A DNA stretch of 64,000 nt from a virus, in IMG/VR virus record IMGVR_UViG_3300023184_008416, positions 97,916-161,915 of that record. One strand, written 5' to 3'. The position numbers were made by a program, and so were the translations under genes. Below, in pieces: positions 1 to 7,690 of the stretch (positions are counted from its first letter, which is position 1; every line of letters starts with the position of its first letter). The notes under the pieces are model-generated. The model did not search any database, was not told the DNA's origin, and worked only from the letters and a program-made list of their open reading frames with translations.

Positions 1-1602
1 AACCTCAGCCTCTGTCATCCCCCTGTTTGGGTCGGCTTTAAACTTAAATCGATTGAAGCGATTGTCAAAATCAGTCCACCAAAATCGGGGCGTCGTCTCC
101 CCAATTTTCTGAAATCCCGAAGATTCATAACCCACACCTGTTCCAATCCGCCTATCGACATAAGTCATCAATCCTGCCTTCGAATTTGCTTTTACAAATT
201 GCATGGCAACTTTGGTCAATTTCCTTAACCCCCCTCTCACGTGAGTGTTAACCCTGGTACAAAATCGGGCAACCTCATAATAATCTTCATGTGTCTTGTG
301 AAAGGGCTTCCTGATGCTTAACGCACAAACCAACTCTTTTTCAAGATATAAACCCCAAGCAACTATCGAGGCTGTATCTCCATCGACATGATTTGCATTA
401 AAAAATTTTCTACGTGATTCTACGTCTAATTTTCCCACCCTTAACTGCCGCGCACCGTACTTATTAGGGGTCATTTTTAAACGGTGTAAAATCATGCTCT
501 TGACAATGTCGGACTTGTCTCTCCAATCATCTTCAAAAACATGCATTAACTGAATCCCAACTTCTCCCGCCATCTTCAACTTGTTTTCATGGTAGGCTGA
601 AGACTTGTGCAGATCAGAGTGCCAGTACAATCCATTATATTCGATCGCAAAGTTGTGATCAGGTACCAACACGTCCAACTCAACTCCCTTAAGAACAGAC
701 CGATCATTTCTTTTTAACGTCACTCCCAAAGAAACTATGTAGTCAGCGATTTCCTGCTGTGCGGCAGATCCTGTGGGCTGGCATACGTAACACCGACCAC
801 GTTGCAATCTCCTAAGCGAATCGTGAAATTCAGAACCACAAACATCACACCTCACCTTGATAACAGGCGAAGCATCATTAATGTAATGCTCTGTCCCCCC
901 AATCACCCTTAGGTTTGATCCGATCTCTATCCTACTCTTGATTTCATCGACCTTCAACCTCTTGATCTGATCCAATCTCTTCCTAAGAGATTCTTTCTTC
1001 AGTGACAACGAAACCTTGGTCGCCATGTTCCGAATCCTGACATCAGTATCCTTGTTTAATCCTACAGACCAAGGCACCCGAGAGCCGGTAGAAAATTCTT
1101 CTTTCAATTTATTTGATAACCCCAACAACCTGTCATCTGTATATTTCGTGTGTCCCCTGGACCATGCAACCCTGTCGCCAGATTTGAACTGTTGCGACAC
1201 GGTCAAAGATCTCTTCTGGGAAGCTTTCATCAGTCTGTCGTCTGTCTGCTTCGACAACCCCTTGGCCCAATTAACAACAATCCCCGTTTCCAAAGACTCT
1301 TTCAAAGTATTGTTTCGCTTCTCAACTACTCGTTGAGCCTCACCAGAATCGAGATAACTGTAAATGCTGGCGTTGTGACCGATGATGAAGTCAGAATAAC
1401 CCACCTTCCACCCCACCCACCGTGGAATCTGTCCACACCCACACCTACACAGTCTGCACCCATTGATTTGAATCCACGCACTCTCAACTGTAATCTGATG
1501 TACCTCCCCAAGATGTACCTCAAACGACGTCAATCTTTTGGATTCAAAGTCACAAAAAGGACACCTAACAGGCTCTAACACCCTTCCTTTAATCGCACCC
1601 AT
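1..1602 (-). CDS. Free-standing homing endonuclease (C2H2 Zn finger + CxCGCG module + Vsr/EDxHD-like nuclease + Hef-like C-terminal domain); 3' end runs off window
   Basis: Missing from the ORF track because there is no stop in the window. Manual translation from ATG at 1602: MGAIKGRVLEPVRCPFCDFESKRLTSFEVHLGEVH...CRCGCGQIPRW...ELDVLVPDHNFAIEYNGLYWHS...HVFEDDW...EVARFC...TYVDRRIG...RFNRFKF. Confidence 0.8.
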   Translation of the reverse strand, partial: MGAIKGRVLEPVRCPFCDFESKRLTSFEVHLGEVHQITVESAWIQINGCRLCRCGCGQIPRWVGWKVGYSDFIIGHNASIYSYLDSGEAQRVVEKRNNTLKESLETGIVVNWAKGLSKQTDDRLMKASQKRSLTVSQQFKSGDRVAWSRGHTKYTDDRLLGLSNKLKEEFSTGSRVPWSVGLNKDTDVRIRNMATKVSLSLKKESLRKRLDQIKRLKVDEIKSRIEIGSNLRVIGGTEHYINDASPVIKVRCDVCGSEFHDSLRRLQRGRCYVCQPTGSAAQQEIADYIVSLGVTLKRNDRSVLKGVELDVLVPDHNFAIEYNGLYWHSDLHKSSAYHENKLKMAGEVGIQLMHVFEDDWRDKSDIVKSMILHRLKMTPNKYGARQLRVGKLDVESRRKFFNANHVDGDTASIVAWGLYLEKELVCALSIRKPFHKTHEDYYEVARFCTRVNTHVRGGLRKLTKVAMQFVKANSKAGLMTYVDRRIGTGVGYESSGFQKIGETTPRFWWTDFDNRFNRFKFKADPNRGMTEAEV

Positions 1603-1675
1603 CAATACTAATGTAATCCCCTTACCTCAAATTGTATCCAATTTTTGGTTTACAGGTTGCTCAATTTTCTCATGT

Positions 1676-1701
1676 GATATTTAAGACTGACCCCAAGGAG
1701 G
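1676..1701 (+). promoter_or_regulatory. Putative late promoter (GATATTTAA) and strong Shine-Dalgarno (AAGGAGG) of the tail tube gene
   Basis: ATAnTTA motif recurs upstream of structural genes; AAGGAGG at 1695-1701 lies 7 nt before ATG 1709. Confidence 0.6.
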
Positions 1702-1708
1702 TTTTACC

Positions 1709-2200
1709 ATGGCCGCAGAGACACTTGACGTATCATCAATGATTCCCAATAAATTCGAGCCAAAACGCAAGAATCGGTGGGTACTTATGATTGAAGGCAT
1801 CGACGCCTACATCATCAAGACCGCCGCCCGCCCAACTTTCACGACAGACGAAATCGAAATCCCATTCATCAACTCCCGCCGCTACGTGGCAGGCCTCACC
1901 AAGTTCGAGACCATGAGCGTCACCCTCCACGACCCCATCGCCCCATCCGGCGCACAACAAATCATGGAATGGATCCGCCTCCACTACGAATCGGTCTCCG
2001 GCCGCGCAGGCTACGCTGACTTCTACAAACGCGACATCCAACTCAAACTCCTCGACCCAGTCGGCACAGTCATCGAACTCTGGGACATCAAAGGCGCCTT
2101 CATCACCTCCGCCAACTTCGGCGAACTCGGCTACGACGGCGCAGACGCACAGGAAATCCAACTCACACTTCGTTTCGACAATTGCGTTCTGCAATTTTGA
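1709..2200 (+). CDS. Tail tube protein (T4 gp19-like)
   Basis: 163 aa; FEPKRKNRW, YKRDIQLKLLDPVG.VIELW.IKGAF, EIQLTLRFD motifs; strong SD and strong codon bias; upstream of tape measure. Confidence 0.9.
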   Translation: MAAETLDVSSMIPNKFEPKRKNRWVLMIEGIDAYIIKTAARPTFTTDEIEIPFINSRRYVAGLTKFETMSVTLHDPIAPSGAQQIMEWIRLHYESVSGRAGYADFYKRDIQLKLLDPVGTVIELWDIKGAFITSANFGELGYDGADAQEIQLTLRFDNCVLQF

Positions 2201-2267
2201 CATCAATATTCGACAACTGCACAATTGTCGATTGTACAAGTCATTGGGTCTGTGGTACTTTTTAACC

Positions 2268-3059
2268 ATGGACCCAAAGATTTTTGTGTGCCCTGAGTGT
2301 AAAGGGTATGAGGCGACAAAGTTAGATTCATTGCGTATTCATTATCAAAAGAAACACGGCTTACCTGCCCGTAAACTCTATGCAGACTTGTTTTTGCAAG
2401 GAGGCAAGGAACCACTGTGTGCTTGTGGTTGTGGTGAGCCGACCCGATTTTTGACCTTACAAAAGGGTTTTTCTAAGTATCTTCTGGGACATGCATCCCG
2501 TGTTACCAATAATTGGGGTCACAATAAAATGGCGCAGGAGAAGAGCCTAAAGAAGCGCCGCGATGAAGGGTTGTGGAGTCGGAACCCGTGGAACAAAGGT
2601 AAGACAAAAGAAAGTGATCCAGAGTTTGCTGAAATTGCAGAGAAAGCCTATGCTTCTCAAGCAGAAAAATCTCGTAAATCAAAAATGATGAAAGAACAAT
2701 GGTCAGACGGGACGATAATTCCTTTGTCTGGTTCTGCACACCCTCAGTGGAGAGGGGGTACATCTGCGTTGCAACCTTTGGTTCGTTCTCATTTACACAC
2801 CAGATGGACTTATCCTAAGTTAAGAGAGAGTGGGTTTAAGTGTGTTCAATGTGGTTTGACAAGCGATCTTGAGGTCCATCACAATGGAGAGAGGTTTGCT
2901 TCAATACTTCATCGGGCGATTGAGACCCTTGGCGAGCCTGGAGAAGATTTTCACAAGAAGTTTATCATTGCCGAGTGGGTCGCCGATTACCATGTCGAGC
3001 ACGAGGTTCCGGGAGTTGTCCTGTGTCAGTCGTGTCACGATATTGAGCATGTCCAGTAA
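2268..3059 (+). CDS. Zn-finger HNH homing endonuclease
   Basis: CPEC..H..H finger, CACGCG module, PWNKG motif, C-terminal CVQC...LEVHH...LCQSCH HNH signature; ATG 2268 preferred over TTG 2232. Confidence 0.8.
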   Translation: MDPKIFVCPECKGYEATKLDSLRIHYQKKHGLPARKLYADLFLQGGKEPLCACGCGEPTRFLTLQKGFSKYLLGHASRVTNNWGHNKMAQEKSLKKRRDEGLWSRNPWNKGKTKESDPEFAEIAEKAYASQAEKSRKSKMMKEQWSDGTIIPLSGSAHPQWRGGTSALQPLVRSHLHTRWTYPKLRESGFKCVQCGLTSDLEVHHNGERFASILHRAIETLGEPGEDFHKKFIIAEWVADYHVEHEVPGVVLCQSCHDIEHVQ

Positions 3060-3156
3060 TTGGTATAATATTCCGCTCAGCAGCAAATTTGGGCCGCGTA
3101 GGATATATATACTTAAACACGACCGGCAGATTTTTGGAGAAGAGTGAGATTTTGAC

Positions 3157-5091
3157 ATGAGAAATGATACCTTTTTGTTTGAGTCCAACGTTGATGATTG
3201 TGAGCTCATGACCGAGGCTGGCATTTGGCAATGGGCGAAACACAAGCTTGGAAAGCTTGGTTCTCTCGAGAAAGGTGGTAGCATTTTTGGTTCAGGTGAA
3301 AAGGCTGAGAAAGCGAAGGAGCAATTTGCTGATCAGTTTGAGATCGAGACCAGTAAGATTGGTAATAACATTAATAGCATCATGAAGGAGAAACTCGCTG
3401 AGGCCGATCCTGATCAGGACAAGTCTAATTCCAGGGAGTTCCCTAACGGTCCTGATGGCGAGGCTTTTAAGGCGATGTTGCCTGCCGCGTTTGAGGCTGT
3501 CAACGAATATATTGACGGTCTTGAGGCGGGTGGTGAGAAGCTCGTCGCCCTGGAGGCGTTGCAGAGGTGGATCAAGTATTACATGGACTATTCTCTCTCT
3601 GATGTCTACAAACATTTTGAGTCAATGAGCAGGCGCGATGATGTCATTTTGGAACATAATCTGCTGGTGAAGGAACATGCTAAGTGGGTTCAATCTCTTC
3701 TCAACGAAGATGAAGACTTGCTTGCTGGCAAGTCTGAGACGTGGAAGGGACTCAACAGCAACATGTTACCTGGGATCTTAAGCGGGCTTGCTGCCGTCAC
3801 CGGAATTGTTGCCCTCGCTGCAAAGATAGCGATTGCTGAGGCTGGGAAACAGGGTGTAGAGATTGTAAAAGAGGTTGTGTCAGGCGGTGATGTGAGTTGG
3901 GTCAATGGCAGTCCCTTGAAGTACGTGGTTCAGTCAGGTGATGGATTTGATAGGATCACCTTGGGTTTTATGAAGGCAGGTCACTTTGCAACTCCTCAGG
4001 AGTTGTTCAAGGCTTGTGGGGCTGGTGATGAGCACGCTGGAATTCTTGCTTTTGCAAAAGATCTTGGCATGAAAAGCCCAGAAAAAGTTGCCCAATACGT
4101 TGAGGGTCAGATGAAGGCCGGTAGTATTGATCCTCTCAATTGGGGAGGACCAGGAACGGGTGGTGGATTAGGAGATCCAACGGGTACGACCGCAAAGTCG
4201 TTCATGGCTGCGAATAAACACCCAAAGGACTTGTTGACAATAGGTGCTTTTAAAGCGGTGTTGATTCCAATTGTCAAGTCGACAGTTAAACTTGGAGTTG
4301 CAGGCGGAGCGTCAGCTGCTTTGGTGGCAGCTGCTCCTGCACTTGCCGGAGTCGCAGCTTTTGCAGCTCCTGCGTCATTGGTTTTGGGTTTAGGTGCCAT
4401 GGCGATTAAAGCGTTAAGGAGCAAAGGTAAAAAGTCCAGTCGGGCATCACAATTACAGGCTTTATTTGATGCGTTGGATGAGAAGCTTCGTGATTTGAAA
4501 AAGAAGATAGGAATGGGTGAGAAAGAAGAAAAAGCGATAAAGACCGTGCCTACACCTCCACCTGCCCCTCCGCCCGAGCCTGAGACGAAACCTGGTAGTG
4601 AAGAAGGAGAAGTTAACTTCTTACCTGATGAGGACGTCGTGAGCGTTGAAGACACGCCTCTGTCACAAATTAGGGCAGACATGAAAAATAAGAAGCTTAA
4701 CGCCCGTCTCTTTGACGCGATTATCAAGGCGTTTGATTCCAAGGGACTGGTACGTAACGTCGCCATGAATGAGGCGATTAAATCACGTGATCTTAACGTT
4801 GATGCCGCTATTAATGTTATTGCTGATGATCCTGGGGTTAGAAAATTACTCGGAGCGATGTTGAGGGTTGTTCCACCAAAACGCCTCAGCAGTGACAAGA
4901 TAATCAATAATAAGTCTGTTAGACGGATTGTCGCCATCCTGGTGAAGCACGACTTTATCGTCGCAGGTGGGGGCAAAAACAAAAAACCAGAGTCCAAACT
5001 TAAGAAAAAAGTTACCGCAGAATCCTTCAGCGGTAATGATGATTCTGTTGTGTTGGTTGAGAGATGGCAAAAGATTGCTGGTTTAATTTGA
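3157..5091 (+). CDS. Hypothetical late/virion-associated protein (644 aa) with C-terminal ERWQKIAGLI motif
   Basis: Long ORF, ATACTTA motif at 3109-3115, Ala-rich hydrophobic segments, Pro-rich linker, possible degenerate LysM-like YVVQSGD. Confidence 0.6.
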   Translation: MRNDTFLFESNVDDCELMTEAGIWQWAKHKLGKLGSLEKGGSIFGSGEKAEKAKEQFADQFEIETSKIGNNINSIMKEKLAEADPDQDKSNSREFPNGPDGEAFKAMLPAAFEAVNEYIDGLEAGGEKLVALEALQRWIKYYMDYSLSDVYKHFESMSRRDDVILEHNLLVKEHAKWVQSLLNEDEDLLAGKSETWKGLNSNMLPGILSGLAAVTGIVALAAKIAIAEAGKQGVEIVKEVVSGGDVSWVNGSPLKYVVQSGDGFDRITLGFMKAGHFATPQELFKACGAGDEHAGILAFAKDLGMKSPEKVAQYVEGQMKAGSIDPLNWGGPGTGGGLGDPTGTTAKSFMAANKHPKDLLTIGAFKAVLIPIVKSTVKLGVAGGASAALVAAAPALAGVAAFAAPASLVLGLGAMAIKALRSKGKKSSRASQLQALFDALDEKLRDLKKKIGMGEKEEKAIKTVPTPPPAPPPEPETKPGSEEGEVNFLPDEDVVSVEDTPLSQIRADMKNKKLNARLFDAIIKAFDSKGLVRNVAMNEAIKSRDLNVDAAINVIADDPGVRKLLGAMLRVVPPKRLSSDKIINNKSVRRIVAILVKHDFIVAGGGKNKKPESKLKKKVTAESFSGNDDSVVLVERWQKIAGLI

Positions 5092-5113
5092 TTTTAAGAA
5101 GAGTGGAGTCATC

Positions 5114-6358
5114 TTGAATAATCACAATTTCCAGTACAAAGCATACCAAGGCCTGCTCGAGGGCAAGATCACACGGTTAGAGTACGACACGCTCGTCGAG
5201 AAAGTTGGGTTTCTCAGCAGAGTTGGTTCAACCTTGAAGGGATTGCTCTCGGGCGGCAAGGAATTTAAGAAGGGATATGATGACAAGAAGTACAAAGATC
5301 TCCTTGGTAAGGCGCAGGCTGACCTCAAAGACACTGTTACGCAGATACGAAAGTTTGCAGAAAAGGTCGGTGTCGAAGACGTAGAGGATTTGATTCAGCA
5401 GTCTGTTGCAGGTATTTTAGGTGCCGCGAACGTGCAACCTGCCGCAGTTGCTCGAGCTATCACTCCTGCCGCTGCGGGTGCTTCCGGTGGTGGTGACGGA
5501 GGTGGGGGAGCTACAACGAGAGGTACAGTCGCAGTTGATAATCCGGATGCAGCAGTTGACAAAGGTGCATCTGTGACCAAACCAGAACAGGCAGCTGCGA
5601 GTCTTGCTGTCGCTCAAGGAGCAGATGAAAAGAAGGTTGATGCAGCGGCTAAGAACCCCCAAAAGGTTTTGGATGACTTTGCAAAATACGTTTCCGGCAA
5701 GTCAAAAGTTGATATTGACGTTACGTCAAAAATTTTGAATCTTTTGTTGAAGAACGGGATGTTGAAATCAAACGTTAGTATCACTTCTGAATCTTTAAGA
5801 GCTTCAACACAGAGTCTTATTCTAGAACAGAACGGGGTTGTTTTGGGAGAAATCTCACACAGTGACGTCAGGAGAATGTTGAACCTGTTGAATGAGGCAA
5901 GTAAAAAAAAGCCCGCCGCTTCCGCAACACCCAAGACCGCAACACCCACGACCGTAGCTACCACGACGGCTGTGAAGGCTCCCACGGCCGGCAAGGGCCG
6001 CAGCAGTGGAAAAATGACCGCGCCGCCGCCGAAGGCCGCGAAGCCTGCGCCGCCGCCGAAAGCCGCGAAGCCTGCGCCGCCGCCGAAAGCCGCGAAGCCT
6101 GCGCCGCGCGCCGAACCGAAGAGCGCGCCGCCGCCGAAGGCAAAGCCAGCTGAATCCTCAAGTAAGCAGGTAAATGTTCCAGAGAATCTTAAGACAATTG
6201 TTAATAAGCTCGAAGGACAATTGAAAGAAAAAGGAGTTAATAAGACCAATTTGGTAGCAACTCTTAAGGTGATTGATGATTATTTTCTTGTGAAGGAAGG
6301 AAGAGTTACTCAAGAGGTTTTAGTAGAACGTTGGCAGCGACTTGCTGGTATTCTTTGA
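5114..6358 (+). CDS. Hypothetical late/virion-associated protein (414 aa) with PPPKAAKPA repeats and C-terminal ERWQRLAGIL motif
   Basis: TTG start with GGAG SD; shares C-terminal motif with the upstream gene. Confidence 0.6.
   Translation: MNNHNFQYKAYQGLLEGKITRLEYDTLVEKVGFLSRVGSTLKGLLSGGKEFKKGYDDKKYKDLLGKAQADLKDTVTQIRKFAEKVGVEDVEDLIQQSVAGILGAANVQPAAVARAITPAAAGASGGGDGGGGATTRGTVAVDNPDAAVDKGASVTKPEQAAASLAVAQGADEKKVDAAAKNPQKVLDDFAKYVSGKSKVDIDVTSKILNLLLKNGMLKSNVSITSESLRASTQSLILEQNGVVLGEISHSDVRRMLNLLNEASKKKPAASATPKTATPTTVATTTAVKAPTAGKGRSSGKMTAPPPKAAKPAPPPKAAKPAPPPKAAKPAPRAEPKSAPPPKAKPAESSSKQVNVPENLKTIVNKLEGQLKEKGVNKTNLVATLKVIDDYFLVKEGRVTQEVLVERWQRLAGIL
6020..6106 (+). repeat. 27-bp GC-rich tandem repeat x3 (APPPKAAKP)
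   Basis: gcgccgccgccgaa(g/a)gccgcgaagcct three times, plus a partial copy near 6125-6147. Confidence 0.95.
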
Positions 6359-6389
6359 TTCCTTGTTTTTGTTCTCCTGTGATTGTGAG

Positions 6390-6420
6390 TGCAGTGATCT
6401 TTTGGGTCACTGCGTTTTTA
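6390..6420 (+). terminator. Rho-independent terminator
   Basis: GCAGTGATC-TTTTG-GGTCACTGC stem followed by a T-run. Confidence 0.7.
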
Positions 6421-6506
6421 TTTTAAAAAAAGGTTGTTAAATGTGAGGTAAGGTATTTACTTCTGTTGTCGCAGGACCGTATAATTGACGCAGCAACAGG
6501 AGAATT

Positions 6507-7370
6507 ATGTCAGAAGAAAGAGAACAACGTAACGCAGTGTTTACCAATGTTGGTGTTGATCCACGCATTCCAACAACAACAGCAGCTGATCGAGCGCGGG
6601 CTGATTTTGGTCTTGATATTCCGGTTGAAGTCGTGCCGCTTCCTTCGATGGGTAGAGTGTATCCTGCCAATTCTTCTCTTCACGGGAGAGAGACAGTTGA
6701 CATTCGAGCCATGACGGCGCGTGAAGAAGACATTTTGACAAGTCGAGCCCTGTTGAAAAAGGGAACTGTTATTACAGAGCTTATTAAGTCTTGCCTCACT
6801 GACAAGTCAATTAATACCAGTGAGCTTCTTGTTGGTGATCGAAATGCTCTGATGGTGGCAGTTAGAATCACGGGTTATGGTGCTGAGTATGAGGTTGAAG
6901 TTGATTGCACCGAGTGTGGATCCAAGACGCCTCACGTATTTAACCTTGGTGAGCTTCCGATTCGCAGGTTAGAGATTAATCCCGTTGAAGAAGGAATGAA
7001 TCTTTTTGAGACTGTTTTGCCTGTGTGTAAAAAGACAGTTAGATTTAAGTTTTTGACGGGTCGCGATGAGGAAGAGATCAGTGCAACTTCAGAGAAGCAA
7101 AAGAAGTTAGCGTTGGGAACCGACACTGCTGTGACAACCAATTTGATGTATGCGATTGTTGCTGTGGATGGTGTCACTGATCGTGCAAAGTTGGCTAACT
7201 TTGTTAAGATGATGCCTGCACGTGATTCTCTTGCATTGCGTAATTTTATTCGTGACAATGAGCCTGGAATTATCTTGAAGCAGGAGGCAGCCTGCGAAAG
7301 TTGCGGACATACGGAGGACCTAGACATGCCACTAGGTGTGTCCTTTCTTTGGCCTTCCGTCAGACGCTAA
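6507..7370 (+). CDS. Tail/baseplate hub assembly chaperone (T4 gp26-like)
   Basis: VPLPSMGRVY, IRAMTAREEDIL, LLVGDRNALMVAVRITGYG, two CxxC motifs, ends FLWP; located before the tape measure. Confidence 0.75.
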   Translation: MSEEREQRNAVFTNVGVDPRIPTTTAADRARADFGLDIPVEVVPLPSMGRVYPANSSLHGRETVDIRAMTAREEDILTSRALLKKGTVITELIKSCLTDKSINTSELLVGDRNALMVAVRITGYGAEYEVEVDCTECGSKTPHVFNLGELPIRRLEINPVEEGMNLFETVLPVCKKTVRFKFLTGRDEEEISATSEKQKKLALGTDTAVTTNLMYAIVAVDGVTDRAKLANFVKMMPARDSLALRNFIRDNEPGIILKQEAACESCGHTEDLDMPLGVSFLWPSVRR

Positions 7371-7620
7371 AACGTTATTGATACTTGAACCCGCCTTTCT
7401 GCTCATGTATTACGGCGGGTTCACGTATGCTGAAACGTACATGATGCCGATCTCATACAAGAGATGGTTTTTGGAGCGTATTTCTAAAGAGTTGAAGTCA
7501 GGTTCTGAATCTGGAGAAAATGCGCCTTCAAGAGCAGCTCATGCTGACACAGCAGAAATGAGAGCGATGCAGGGCCGTGTTAGATCTCAAGTTCCTTCAA
7601 GAATGAGACGATTCACGTGA
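7336..7620 (+). CDS. Second tail-assembly chaperone ORF (gp51/GT-like), probably expressed by +1 frameshift from the upstream gene
   Basis: FFGL...FLLMYYGGFTYAETYMMPISYKRWFL; overlaps upstream ORF in the +1 frame; no convincing SD for its own start. Confidence 0.65.
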   Translation: MCPFFGLPSDAKTLLILEPAFLLMYYGGFTYAETYMMPISYKRWFLERISKELKSGSESGENAPSRAAHADTAEMRAMQGRVRSQVPSRMRRFT

Positions 7621-7690
7621 TTGTCGTGTGGTCGTTCTTGAAATCTGTTGATACTTAAGTCCATGTTTTGTTTGGTAATCATGAGGAATT

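Noticed and set aside
1016-1578. Plus-strand ORFs 1016..1336 and 1150..1578 in the track
   Set aside because: They are shadows of the long minus-strand endonuclease ORF (1602 to <1), which has clear motifs.
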